From the IMG/VR virus record IMGVR_UViG_3300044619_001509: 64,000 nt of DNA; one strand, 5' to 3'. The DNA comes from an uncultured virus (IMG/VR IMGVR_UViG_3300044619_001509) (taxonomy: Duplodnaviria; Heunggongvirae; Uroviricota; Caudoviricetes). The position numbers and the translations under genes were made by a program. The stretch's first letter is position 1; each line of letters opens with the position of its first letter. Shown piece by piece: positions 11,601 to 20,595 of this stretch. The notes beneath the pieces were generated by a model that had not been told where the DNA came from, searched no databases, and saw only the letters and a program-made list of their open reading frames with translations.

Positions 11601-12874
11601 CAGCATCTTACACAAAAAATATCAGCGATCCATTGGCACAAACATTCTTTGTGGATGAAGCGCAGTATCCAGAAGGTGTCTTTGTAACGAGTGTTGATAT
11701 TTTCTTCGCCACAAAGGATTCAAATCTTCCCGTGACGCTAGAATTGCGTCCTACGGATAGCGGATATCCTTTGACTAGAAACAGAACAACAATCTATCCA
11801 TTCTCTTCTCTAACAAAATATCCTTCACAAATAACCGTATCCGATGATCCAAACTTAGATAAGGATATGATCAAAACTACCTTTACCTTCTCGACTCCTG
11901 TACATTTACTGCCAGGAGAACACGCAATCGTTTTGAGAAGTAATAGTTCTGACTATTCGATCTATGTTGCTGAAGTGGGCCAGTTGCTAGTAAATAGCGA
12001 ATCTAGAATTACTCAGCAAGCAGCAGTCGGTTCATTCTTCAAGACGCAAAATGCAGGAAAGTGGCAGAATTACGAAAACATCGATATGATGTTTGCAATC
12101 AATCGTTGTGAATTCAATACCACACAAGGTTACATTACATTTACAGATACTCCTGGCGTATTGGCATCAGAAAACCCATACGAAACATATACGGTAAACA
12201 ATGACGAAGTAAAATTCAACAATACTTCGATCAAGTATCGTGTAAGAAACACAGTTGCTACGGATTCGGTAATTCAACCAAACTCGGTATTGATTACTCC
12301 AAATACTAACATAGATTTGAATGCTTCTCATAAGATAACAAATACTGGTTTGAGTTTTGAATTGGAAGTAGAACTAAACAGCGATAGTACAGTAGTTTCT
12401 CCGTTGTTTGATATTGATAGACTCAGAGTTGCTACAGTACACAATGTATTGGACAACAATTCGGATATTAATGTTCAATCCGAACAATACAATGGAGAAT
12501 TGGAACCAAAATCGGATGTTCTTCGTGCAAGATACATAACGAAAATTGTGGAATTGGAATCTGGATTTGAATCATCAAATATCAAAGCGACATTTAATGT
12601 AAATATTCCTGCGGACACAAAGGTGCAAGTATTCATCAAGCACCAATCTGCGGGTGCAGATAATCCATTCGATGACGAAAGATATACTCTTCTTGTGCCA
12701 AATAAATCAAATTATGTGTCACCAGATGTGGATAGTTTCACGGACATTGAATATACTCTTCCTCAAGATTTGGATCAACCTTTCTGTAAGTTTGCTATCA
12801 AGATTTGTTTATATTCAAGTAATCCTGCAAGAGTACCAAAAGTAAAAGAAATGCGAGTGGTAAGTGTCATCTGA
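5651..12874 (+). CDS. Very large virion structural protein, VrlC/DUF4815-like
   Basis: PYYDDF...LF.PG...Q.RELIQLQT, APGADRY, LARRTYDESGNY, RRYTMKDI, DPLAQTF; usual position after gp8. Confidence 0.8.
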   Translation: MGYNHPDILKSSPYYDDFENTKNFLRILFKPGVATQTRELIQLQTLLQNQIAKLGSHIFKDGSQVFGGGITLNEANYIKTVVTLPSGTTTDSLKGKILVQGTNSSNSVRARIVDILPSVSADPFTIFVVQYLTGNEFQSTSSLTITVEGQLGVNVLFTGAADRKGTCQTLSVESGIFYVDGFFVNSNPQTTTLVRYDNGVRRFTDAILTSEGVTNRVGFEIERTVVTSVDDETLNDPARGFYNYSAPGADRYVINLNLIAQEFDPASVEPGEFVTPDFVELARVVKGVLDYVKKVPTYSELVDTLARRTYDESGNYTVTPFELEVKNHYRDDEYFLYVKVNTPSTINSVFEGDFIVNNINGLATKIGLITSVETYSPTTAELTSGGTNDLPTHVIRVKREKVNGTYNYVFFTSSDTAIHRSRSLVDTTLGAIKRITVSRDPNGVYSPEEGGTDDKFVLSVKPGKAYVFGYEFETINNTNIVVDKERNDSVYTVNDYNLGANIGNYFLVKANLANGKYAFNRWDTSINLEEMPYMKFGGKYVRITIPTQAEDTRDHALKYWSPVAKDQTTSFRSVAFVTEESALSTESIAAHTNPANPSYLNLIDFSGEGATNDDLYGDGYIRPQNTSRTQSKSIGGASSLTAYPMVNMSNDIETNISRLAFSEPWHGNFDTSYNSTSESNGALSTYSGTFPVKQIKCLDTANPSSIQVTTGHALRWVPASNSGAYSTSGSTLFVKLINTTDYTGGTNLETARFNVEDGVIFADPTTSTNPISYGSSIAYILRDTSIKRIIVRSAQDLGCVNDSACTDAGQGGFYSVGDIVTQNYDKNGIEIQATGEIIAIGGDFTTPNTNIELYIQTSGTNYIYGVNDTVEMSVQGITNLGCLIGPCGLYKPRSSITLNNPGCGECVRIGFRDSENVGAYTVNEIAFQYNYLALQEVSGVPQYLDSNLVKGRIVGWDDTSKELIVLETQGRFEIANGTIYELKSSTGQAVKYGGRGWDKFKTKFQKNTGATQPQYDIEKVSGIFIDIASTPNKNFIETSYSVFDAAIASGTGETITQIAVPFVGNYFEGKDFVVGEEVNQTISTSSIARGTVLSWTHRDLTNPSDRADTIIIIKPINTVEFVVGSSAINNPLVSFANPAVSYDLSGVGTTRTKEILGAGRIRLLRRQEEDAYQAYFFDIKMDFLPDRSRKYNLNEVFNFYYEDGFKNAILSEFEDEDIQLEISENNFVFEVHPTLGIESTDYSKVFDTDRNSLLFRLAGSESVKNVGELDYRIQRQYNLSGPFGTDTLSFSTDSPYVRFIGGESSTTGLVDSNDLIEHYSLILTFNTGLQYIESLSNGNYTVTTNNYSSPTSIATLSIKRKSGVAWSDLTKVSLIANLNVNPSGNTSLIRTKTVERFTETVTLKKTKSGVWKATLSRADILTIDKITAISSNTNVKEQFDLYDGQTDNLYDLGQITLKSQYLVNNVPNFANYQVIVSYRYFYHENSGPFTKNSYENIDYTDIPSYTSSLNGQYYKLDSVIDLRPLKTTDGSIVSGSKWIPAPANSFNVDYEYYLPRAYKLAITRDLNFKLISGIPAFTPELPSDDENAMTIYNITTSPYIFDKTDVVANMVNNRRYTMKDIIALDDRIQALEQFTLLNSLEREAENKSIIDEASSLPRVISSILVDNFSTHGKGDTLNKEYNVSIDSENNLIRPSFEMGTVDLVDSTSANTTSNVIKTPDNVVMLSYDAVPLISQLSASGTEKINAFNDNSWIGSIALTPSTDSWFDETIKPDVRVNENNANNAISDVFPAPNSRNNNGMGSDWGFWKRKWFGNKPEAKKNTNPDRRPWWLKQRKIVPDTKIAAATTSSNVVNVGENKIVDKSVVPYIREKTITAVVEGLKPFTVVYVFFDDVNITSQCQILNSVGQVVSGTGLRTDSRGSLQFSYTIEKGKFKTGEKLLVVTNSPTNNAQSATTVAEAVYVASGAIQIATNTGISTRKLIKKPASYTKNISDPLAQTFFVDEAQYPEGVFVTSVDIFFATKDSNLPVTLELRPTDSGYPLTRNRTTIYPFSSLTKYPSQITVSDDPNLDKDMIKTTFTFSTPVHLLPGEHAIVLRSNSSDYSIYVAEVGQLLVNSESRITQQAAVGSFFKTQNAGKWQNYENIDMMFAINRCEFNTTQGYITFTDTPGVLASENPYETYTVNNDEVKFNNTSIKYRVRNTVATDSVIQPNSVLITPNTNIDLNASHKITNTGLSFELEVELNSDSTVVSPLFDIDRLRVATVHNVLDNNSDINVQSEQYNGELEPKSDVLRARYITKIVELESGFESSNIKATFNVNIPADTKVQVFIKHQSAGADNPFDDERYTLLVPNKSNYVSPDVDSFTDIEYTLPQDLDQPFCKFAIKICLYSSNPARVPKVKEMRVVSVI

Positions 12875-13082
12875 AAAAATAAAAGTTGCGGATCGTGAAG
12901 ATGTGGTGAGAGATACCAAATCGGGTGCAATCTTAAATACTGATTTGGCAAGGGTAAATGAATATAAAAAAAGAAAAATTGAAATAAATAAGATTAAGCA
13001 GTTAGAGAACAAAATGAATTCTATAGAATCCGATGTTCGAGATATTAAGAGTATTTTACAAATTTTGCTTGAGAGAAAATAA
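12864..13082 (+). CDS. Small coiled-coil hypothetical protein
   Basis: 72-aa ORF (VRDTKSGAILNTD), overlapping the previous stop; similar small genes follow VrlC-like genes in T4-like phages. Confidence 0.65.
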   Translation: MSSEKIKVADREDVVRDTKSGAILNTDLARVNEYKKRKIEINKIKQLENKMNSIESDVRDIKSILQILLERK

Positions 13083-13085
13083 TCA

Positions 13086-16000
13086 ATGCCCAATACAAAT
13101 GATATTGATCTTCAAAAGTTAACACTTGATAGTACATTTTATGATTGGTATCTTCGTACCAATCAGATCATTGATTATATCAATCCGATCAATGTCTATG
13201 ATGTATTTGCTGGCAGTGGTCTTCAAGAATCCCGAACAGGTACGCCAGGAACTGTACAAATAAGTTTGGGTACAAATCCTGCAAATTATGGTATTGATAC
13301 TCTTACAGATAGTAATGGAGATTCTATTACTATTTTGAATATTGCTGGTTTAACATCAAGTACAGTATCGAACACAAGCACATTTGCATTTGGTGGTACG
13401 ACTTCAAAATCTGTTTTAAGAAAAGTGGCAGCATCGGATATGCTTCCACCAACAATTAACGGTAATCATTTATTTACAGGAACAATTACTGTCGGTGATT
13501 TGATTGTACGAGATGGTACAATTATTCTTAATGATACAGGTTCTACGAGAGACAATGTAGGACTTGTAATAGAATCGACAGCAGATACCGCAGCAAATAA
13601 TGTGTCTTTCTTGTTCGATACAGATACAAATGCATGGTATTCTAACAGAAATCTAGGAATGACTTCTGGAAGAAGATTTGTTACGAATGCTATAGGTTCG
13701 GCAACATATCCATTTTATGCGTCCAATTCTCAAGCTATTGTAGACATTCAATTACAAACTAATGTTGGTGCTACTCTTGAAGCATGGTCGATAAGAGGTG
13801 CTTGGGGCTCTCCCGATACTCTTATTTTTGGACATTATACCAATGGTGTAAAGGTTGCAGATGTTTTAGAATTAAGATCTGGTGGTACAAATACAGATAC
13901 TAGAGTTATTGTAAAAGATGCATTAACTATTACCGATATTTTAAATTCCTCTCCGTTTAGTGCAACTCCTGCGGTTACGAGTGTACCTATCACAGATTCC
14001 ACCAATGGTTATTTAAGTACATTTGTTAATCGAATTAAAGCATCAACAGCACTAACAGGAAGTGATATTGGTCGCATTGTCAGACTAGATGGTAGCGGTA
14101 ACGCAATTAGTGCTGTTGCAAGTTCTGAAGCAAATTCACAAACAATTGGTATTTTGGAATCTGTTTCTGGTGGCGTAGCAACAGTAATTACTTCTGGTAT
14201 TTGTCCAATTAGACCAAGAGATAACACTGGTACTCAAATATCAATGACCGCTGGTACGGTATATTATTTACATCAATCAATAGCAGGAGCAGTACAGGCT
14301 ACAAAACCATCTTCTGGGTTCGTAAAACCAGTATTGATTGCAACATCTTCAACACAGTGTGTGTATGTTCCTGATTTTTATTATGCAGCAGGAACATCCG
14401 CGTTTACTGCCGTTCAAGTTGTAGATACGGGTGAAACATATACAGCATCCGCAGCAGGAACTACCTTGCGCTTAGACGGTGGAAATTCAATTGCTTTAGA
14501 TTACACGACAAACGGCACAATTGTATTCAATTATACAGGAACGCAATTACCAAGCGTTGGGAATAGTTCATTTTATATTAAAAACAGTGTAGGTACTAAT
14601 ACAGGATTTGCTCCAAGCACCTATAGTTTAGTTGGACAACCACTAAATTCTGGTATTGCTGATATTCCTGTAGCGCCAGGAACATTAGTTGGTAGACGCG
14701 ACGATACGGATGATAGTAACAATCCAGTAGAAGCACTTTTACCAAGTCAAGTTCGCAGTATTCTTGGATTTAGTGGCAATCGTTACATTAAATCCATTCT
14801 GTTTGAAGAATCTGCAAGTACAGATATTATTAATTTTGATGCTATAAATTCAGAATCGGTAAAGGTTCGTGCTGGATTTGGTATTGATTTTACTTATGAT
14901 TCCGTGGAAAAAGCAGTAGTAATTACAAACACAGGCGGTGGGGGTGGTGGTACAGGTGGACCAAGTACATTAGACATCACTGCTACTGGTGGTGGTTCTG
15001 CAAGCGATATTGGTGCTATTCGTTTCTTGAATTCTGATGCAAGAAACTTTATTGATTTTACAGTAGAAGAAAACACTTCGGGTACAGCATCTATAGTAGC
15101 AAGACCAAAAAATACATTTTTAACATTAGCATCTGTGTCAAGTATAAATCATGATGCTGGTGACATATTAAGAATAATTGGAACTACTGGAGTAAATGTT
15201 GCGCTTGCATCTTTAGGATCAACAAATACATTTACATTATCGTTATCGTCTACTATAACACCAAATACAGTAAGATCGACAACAAATACACTTGAATTAG
15301 ATACAAATTCACTAAGAACTCTTTCATTTAGAGTCAAGGATTCTGCTACGAGTGGTCCTGCTTATTTCAGTACCGATACAAATTACATTACCACACTTGA
15401 GACATTTGATAATATCACTCAGGGAACAAGAGTTGATAGCACACTCTACAATTTTACTGGTAGTAATCCCGTATCAAGAGAAAAATGTGTATCTATGTTT
15501 GCTGATATGACTATTGGTCCTGATACAGTAAGTTTCCCATTCAGATTCTATAAAATCATTGCAGATAAAATTAAAGTTACGGATCTTGAGGTAACAGGAA
15601 CAGCAATTAAGAATTTTACAGAAATTAATAATTTGTCTGGTGAAAGTTATGCCATAACATCATATAATTTAAACAGAATTCGTTTACCATCAGCATTAGA
15701 TGGTATTTTGCTTGATTTTGAAACGACAACTGGTTCCAGTAATCGTGCGTTCATAATGAAACCCGAACCAAATACATTTGGTTCAGGAACATCAAAATCT
15801 TTCTTTATATCAGAAAAAATATTCTTTGCAGATCAAACTTTAAATCAATTTAGTCCATCTATAGGTTTAGATAGTGCTGGTTCCATATTAGTACAATCAA
15901 ATTCTGCTCAATCTAAATTCAGAATGGTGGATTCTGCAAACAGAGAATGTTCGGTTGGTGTTCAAACTGGTTATGCATTCTTAACATATGATCCAGATTC

Positions 16001-16265
16001 TACTGGTCCAAATTCTGCAATTTCTTTGAGAGTAACTTCGGATACACTACTAAACAATGCAGATTCATTCATGGTTGGTATTGTAGGAACAGAAGGTTGG
16101 AAGATAAATACTGTTGCATACGCAACGGGGGATATTGGTAAAGCAATGAGAATTGCAAGCGTTACTGATGGTGTTGCAACTATAGAGGCAAGAGATTATA
16201 TCAAACCATATGTTGTAGGAACTACCTCTGGTGATCTGATTAATACTTTATATTATGTGGTATAA
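13086..16265 (+). CDS. Putative tail fibre/virion structural protein
   Basis: 1059 aa, T/S/G-rich beta-type composition, N-terminal DSTFYDWYLRTN anchor-like motif, poly-Gly linker; within the tail region. Confidence 0.6.
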   Translation: MPNTNDIDLQKLTLDSTFYDWYLRTNQIIDYINPINVYDVFAGSGLQESRTGTPGTVQISLGTNPANYGIDTLTDSNGDSITILNIAGLTSSTVSNTSTFAFGGTTSKSVLRKVAASDMLPPTINGNHLFTGTITVGDLIVRDGTIILNDTGSTRDNVGLVIESTADTAANNVSFLFDTDTNAWYSNRNLGMTSGRRFVTNAIGSATYPFYASNSQAIVDIQLQTNVGATLEAWSIRGAWGSPDTLIFGHYTNGVKVADVLELRSGGTNTDTRVIVKDALTITDILNSSPFSATPAVTSVPITDSTNGYLSTFVNRIKASTALTGSDIGRIVRLDGSGNAISAVASSEANSQTIGILESVSGGVATVITSGICPIRPRDNTGTQISMTAGTVYYLHQSIAGAVQATKPSSGFVKPVLIATSSTQCVYVPDFYYAAGTSAFTAVQVVDTGETYTASAAGTTLRLDGGNSIALDYTTNGTIVFNYTGTQLPSVGNSSFYIKNSVGTNTGFAPSTYSLVGQPLNSGIADIPVAPGTLVGRRDDTDDSNNPVEALLPSQVRSILGFSGNRYIKSILFEESASTDIINFDAINSESVKVRAGFGIDFTYDSVEKAVVITNTGGGGGGTGGPSTLDITATGGGSASDIGAIRFLNSDARNFIDFTVEENTSGTASIVARPKNTFLTLASVSSINHDAGDILRIIGTTGVNVALASLGSTNTFTLSLSSTITPNTVRSTTNTLELDTNSLRTLSFRVKDSATSGPAYFSTDTNYITTLETFDNITQGTRVDSTLYNFTGSNPVSREKCVSMFADMTIGPDTVSFPFRFYKIIADKIKVTDLEVTGTAIKNFTEINNLSGESYAITSYNLNRIRLPSALDGILLDFETTTGSSNRAFIMKPEPNTFGSGTSKSFFISEKIFFADQTLNQFSPSIGLDSAGSILVQSNSAQSKFRMVDSANRECSVGVQTGYAFLTYDPDSTGPNSAISLRVTSDTLLNNADSFMVGIVGTEGWKINTVAYATGDIGKAMRIASVTDGVATIEARDYIKPYVVGTTSGDLINTLYYVV

Positions 16266-16267
16266 CT

Positions 16268-17956
16268 ATGAGCGAAATAAGAATTAAAACGGCAAATCCA
16301 GATGTAATTACTAATATACCAGAAACACTTGGTAATATTAAAGTTAAAGATGAAAATGGCATAATAAGAGATGTTAAAAAGTTGTATGCTAAAAATGGTT
16401 CTGGTGAACCTAGTCTTGTTTGGGATGCTACGGTCGCACCACCAAGCACACAAGATTCTACGCAACCAATATTACAATGCCCTTCTTGCGAATCTGGTTC
16501 TGAAGTATTTTATCCAGAAATACAAGCAATAGGAAAAAGATGGGATTATTGCACTTGGAAAGATACTGGATTATTGTCTTCTTGTTGGAAAAATCCTCCA
16601 GAAACAAGAACATATGCATCCATACGAAAACAAGATCCAGATAAGTTAAATTTTTTACCCCCCCCACCAAATTACATTATGGGTGAATTATTATCTTATA
16701 CCGTACCAGATAGAGTTCTTGTATTTGTTAATAGGCCATTGGTTTCGGATGTACCAAATCATACAGATAAGATATTTTATGGAAAACAAGATAATAGTTT
16801 TCCTTGCTTGGAGGAGTGTTCTCCTTCTTCTGGATGTCAATTAAATGAACCAGATACTACTCTGTGTGATGTCGGTTCTTCAACCCAATCTATTTACGGT
16901 ATAATCGATCAAAGACATCTATTGATAGATACCAGTTGTGTTTCGACAGGATCGTTTAATAATAAAACAAATTCTTGTTCTACTTATTGTTACGGAGAAC
17001 CAGACTTCACTACTGTGTGTCGTTCTGTGAATAGAATACATCCATTATATTTAGAAGACTTGATTTTGACTGATTTTAGTGGTGCTTGCGAAAACCAGTA
17101 TCCAGAATTTTCTCTTATACAATTTAATTTTGGGGATCCTCCTCTAGATCCTCCTTATTTACAATTTGCAAATGATTATACCAACAATAATTTATTTTTA
17201 ACAATTAAGGATATTTCTGTTATAGTCGATTCCTCTTGCTCGAATGAAGAGTTTTCTGCATGGACATTTAGGATGTTTTTACCAATATATGTGTACATAC
17301 CAACAGAAAGAAATAATTATGTAAGAGTTCAAACCCCATTAGATTCTATAATGGACGGATTGTTAGCAGGAAATAATTCAAATATTAATTTAATAACAGA
17401 AACCAACCCAAACTATGATCCGATTGTTCATGCTGTATATCGAGTATTATCGGGAGAAACTAAATTATCTCAAGCATTTTATTCTTCAAATGCAAATAAT
17501 GATGCACGATGGGGGATAATAGGATATCCGAGAGCAGAACCAGTAGATTTTCCTCTACCAGATAAAAATCTTGCAACTCATTGTGTGGTTATTGAAGTAA
17601 CAAATGCAGAAGATGGTAATCCAACTAACAATTGTAATTATTGTTCAAATACACGAGAAGGAAGTAGTTTTAAAGCTTCAAATATTAGATTTTATCCTTT
17701 AGAATCCTATTCCCAAGCTGGAGCTCCTGGCTCATTTGCAGCACCATTACAAAGTTATGGTAATCAAAATGATCTGGGGTATGACAGTTTGGATCAAATA
17801 AATGAAGTATACTCTGATTGTGCAGGAATTGGTGTTTTTTTTGGTAAAACATATTCAAATACTGCAGAATTATCATTCCAAGATTTTTACAATGCTTACT
17901 ACCAACCATATATAACTACGACAGAAAGTACGGATTGTAATACAACATGTTTATAG
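16268..17956 (+). CDS. Cys-rich hypothetical protein, probably virion-associated
   Basis: 562-aa ORF with about 20 Cys, tightly packed after the fibre gene; function inferred from location only. Confidence 0.55.
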   Translation: MSEIRIKTANPDVITNIPETLGNIKVKDENGIIRDVKKLYAKNGSGEPSLVWDATVAPPSTQDSTQPILQCPSCESGSEVFYPEIQAIGKRWDYCTWKDTGLLSSCWKNPPETRTYASIRKQDPDKLNFLPPPPNYIMGELLSYTVPDRVLVFVNRPLVSDVPNHTDKIFYGKQDNSFPCLEECSPSSGCQLNEPDTTLCDVGSSTQSIYGIIDQRHLLIDTSCVSTGSFNNKTNSCSTYCYGEPDFTTVCRSVNRIHPLYLEDLILTDFSGACENQYPEFSLIQFNFGDPPLDPPYLQFANDYTNNNLFLTIKDISVIVDSSCSNEEFSAWTFRMFLPIYVYIPTERNNYVRVQTPLDSIMDGLLAGNNSNINLITETNPNYDPIVHAVYRVLSGETKLSQAFYSSNANNDARWGIIGYPRAEPVDFPLPDKNLATHCVVIEVTNAEDGNPTNNCNYCSNTREGSSFKASNIRFYPLESYSQAGAPGSFAAPLQSYGNQNDLGYDSLDQINEVYSDCAGIGVFFGKTYSNTAELSFQDFYNAYYQPYITTTESTDCNTTCL

Positions 17957-17966
17957 GAGTTAAATT

Positions 17967-18329
17967 ATGAAAGTTAAAGTGTCTAAATTAGCGAACGCGA
18001 TTCCGTCTATTAAGTTTATTTCACAGCAGTCGATTCCCGCTAAGGTATCGTTCAGACTGGCAAAATTTATCAATTTAGTTTCAGAAGAACTTGATGTTCT
18101 TGAAATTGCAAGAAGAACAATTCTAGAAAAGCATTCCACGGTTGATGCTGATAACCCAGACAACCGTATAATTGCTCCAGATTTAAAAGAAAAATACGAA
18201 AAACAAATGATCGAATTGTTCAATCAAGAAGTAGAACTTAATATTGAACCAATCGGTATCAACGAACTCGGTGGAATTTCATTGCCAGTAAATCATTTAA
18301 TGGCATTAGATTTTATGTTTAAAGAATAA
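17967..18329 (+). CDS. Hypothetical helical protein
   Basis: 120-aa ORF with AGGAG RBS upstream. Confidence 0.6.
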   Translation: MKVKVSKLANAIPSIKFISQQSIPAKVSFRLAKFINLVSEELDVLEIARRTILEKHSTVDADNPDNRIIAPDLKEKYEKQMIELFNQEVELNIEPIGINELGGISLPVNHLMALDFMFKE

Positions 18330-18335
18330 AATTTG

Positions 18336-18377
18336 TCCTCCGAAAAACATAAATATTAGAGAAGATTTTTCGGAGGA
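18336..18377 (+). promoter_or_regulatory. 12-bp inverted repeat enclosing a T4-type late promoter and masking the gp13 RBS
   Basis: TCCTCCGAAAAA (18336-47) / TTTTTCGGAGGA (18366-77); CATAAATA at 18348-55; GGAGGA lies in the 3' arm, ATG at 18382. Confidence 0.75.
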
Positions 18378-18381
18378 TTAA

Positions 18382-19218
18382 ATGTCGAGAATTACTACTC
18401 GCCAAGAACTTAAAGATTATTGCCTACGCAAGTTAGGTTATCCAGTAATAGAGATCAACATTGACGATTCCCAGATAGAGGATCGTCTTGATGATGCTCT
18501 ATTATTGTTTTCCGAGATGCATTATGATGGTGCGGAGAGAGTCTTTATGGCCAAACAATTGACCTCTACCGATCTACAGAATCGTTATGTAGATCTCAAA
18601 CTTCCAACGATTGAAGATGCATCAAAAAACATAAAAGCAGCACCCGCGCTAGATCCAGACGGAAATTCTATTATTTCTGTTGTTCGTGTGTTTCAGTTGT
18701 TTGATACTTTGGGTGGTTCTGCGGGTGTAAATATCTTTGACGCCAAATATCAAATTGCTCTTTCCGACTTGTTTGGTTTGTATTCGAACACGGGTAGTGG
18801 TTATACAATGGGTTCGATTCAGCACTACGATATGGTTCGTAGACATTTAGGACTTCTACAGGATTATCTGACACCAGAAAAAGCGATTCGTTTCAGTAAA
18901 GTAACAAATAGAATTTACTTGGATGCGGATTGGGGTTCTTGGACTGTTGGTGACTTTTTGATGTTTGAAGCATATAAGATTCTAGATCCAAATGATTACC
19001 CAGAAATTTACAATGATAGATTATTAAAAGCATATGCAACTGCATTGATTAAAAGACAATGGGGATCGGTTCTTTCCAAGTACAATGGTATTTCATTGGC
19101 GGGTGGAGTCACTCTAAATGGAACTCAAATATACAACGAAGCACTTCAAGAGATTGATTCATTAGAAAAAGAAATGGCAAGTCGTTACGAATTACCTCCA
19201 GATTTCATGGTGGGTTGA
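18382..19218 (+). CDS. gp13: Neck protein gp13
   Basis: LKDYCLRKLGYPVIEINIDDSQIEDR, LIKRQWG..LSKY, GGVTLNG, PPDFMVG. Confidence 0.92.
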   Translation: MSRITTRQELKDYCLRKLGYPVIEINIDDSQIEDRLDDALLLFSEMHYDGAERVFMAKQLTSTDLQNRYVDLKLPTIEDASKNIKAAPALDPDGNSIISVVRVFQLFDTLGGSAGVNIFDAKYQIALSDLFGLYSNTGSGYTMGSIQHYDMVRRHLGLLQDYLTPEKAIRFSKVTNRIYLDADWGSWTVGDFLMFEAYKILDPNDYPEIYNDRLLKAYATALIKRQWGSVLSKYNGISLAGGVTLNGTQIYNEALQEIDSLEKEMASRYELPPDFMVG

Positions 19219-19219
19219 T

Positions 19220-19924
19220 ATGGCAGTAAATCCTTACTTCAACAACTATGGCTTTAAACCAACGCAAGATCTGGTCAATGATCTTATGAAGGAATCTATC
19301 CGTATTCACGGAATTAATTGTTTATATATTCCAAGAGAATTTAAAAACATAGATGTTATTTTTGGTGAAGATACTTCTGCAAAATTTCGTTATGCGTTTC
19401 CAATTGAGATGTATCTCGAAACACCAACAGGATATGGTGGTGATAAAGAAACGGCAACCAAGTTTGGTATCGAAAATCGAGATGTGATCGAACTATTGGT
19501 TTCTAAATCAAGATTCGTACAAGAAACTGTGGCATTTCGTAAATACTTTACTGGTAGACAAATTGAAAGACCAACAGAAGGAGATTTGATCTATAATCCA
19601 ATCGACTTTGGTTTGTATGAAATAAAGTTTGCGGATCAGGATATTCTATTTTATCAAGCAGGAAAGACATACACATTTAAATTGACTTGTGAGAAGATCA
19701 AGTATTCGTATGAGCAAATTGAAGTTAATAACGAAGATATCAATCTTGCTATCAGCAATCAGATCATCAAAACAGACAATAATAATGATGGTATTATTGA
19801 TGAATTGAACTTGGCTCCAGATGGAGATCATAAACAATCAAACAATGCAACAGATATGCAATTAGAAGGTGAAGATGTATATGACTTTAGTGAAAATGAT
19901 CCGTTCTCTGGGGGTAACTACTGA
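19220..19924 (+). CDS. gp14: Neck protein gp14
   Basis: NPYF, ESI..HG...YIPR, FGED, RPTEGDLIY, FYQAGK, DFSENDPF. Confidence 0.9.
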   Translation: MAVNPYFNNYGFKPTQDLVNDLMKESIRIHGINCLYIPREFKNIDVIFGEDTSAKFRYAFPIEMYLETPTGYGGDKETATKFGIENRDVIELLVSKSRFVQETVAFRKYFTGRQIERPTEGDLIYNPIDFGLYEIKFADQDILFYQAGKTYTFKLTCEKIKYSYEQIEVNNEDINLAISNQIIKTDNNNDGIIDELNLAPDGDHKQSNNATDMQLEGEDVYDFSENDPFSGGNY

Positions 19925-20595
19925 TGTTTACAAATCCATTTTATCATCAAACTCTCAGAAAAACAATTATAGCATTTGGATCGTTATTTAATAATCTTTA
20001 TGTTGTTCGTAAACAAGACAATAATGATGTGAAAATTAAAGTTCCCATAATTTATAGCACAAAAGAAAAGTTCATTCAAAGATATAATGATACTTTGAAC
20101 CGTGATAATAATGATAGTATTGTATTACAAACAATTTTACCAAAAATGGGCTATGAAATTGGTGAAATTGCATACGATCCTTCTCGTAAAAAGATAACCG
20201 TAAACAAAAGAATAATTGAAACCGATGAAGGAATTCGTTTAAATTATACGGAAGTTCCATATAATGTAAATATTTCTCTCACCGCATATGTCAGATATGT
20301 GGATGACGGACTTCAAATCATGGAACAAATTCTTCCATTTTTTACTCCAGACTTTACGGTTGCAATCAAGCAAAAAGTATTAAATCAACCAGATGAACAT
20401 ATGAACATTCCGTTTATCTTAAATTCTGTAAACCAACAAACTGATTATGAAGGTTCGATGGAAGCAAATTCCAGAATGATAATGTGGACATACAATTTTA
20501 CAGCAAAGATTAATTTATTTGGTCCATTGAGCGATACTGGAGTTATTCGTTATGTTGATATAGATTTATTGGATATGTCGGAGTTTAACCAATGA
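19924..20595 (+). CDS. gp15: Tail sheath stabiliser/terminator gp15
   Basis: FYHQTLRKTIIAFGSLFNN, KVPIIY..KEKF, QIMEQILPFFTP, DYEG, LFGP. Confidence 0.9.
   Translation: MFTNPFYHQTLRKTIIAFGSLFNNLYVVRKQDNNDVKIKVPIIYSTKEKFIQRYNDTLNRDNNDSIVLQTILPKMGYEIGEIAYDPSRKKITVNKRIIETDEGIRLNYTEVPYNVNISLTAYVRYVDDGLQIMEQILPFFTPDFTVAIKQKVLNQPDEHMNIPFILNSVNQQTDYEGSMEANSRMIMWTYNFTAKINLFGPLSDTGVIRYVDIDLLDMSEFNQ

Noticed and set aside
17954..17956. Possible stop-codon reassignment (TAG is rare as a stop)
   Set aside because: Core genes are full length under code 11 and are not fragmented at TAG or TGA
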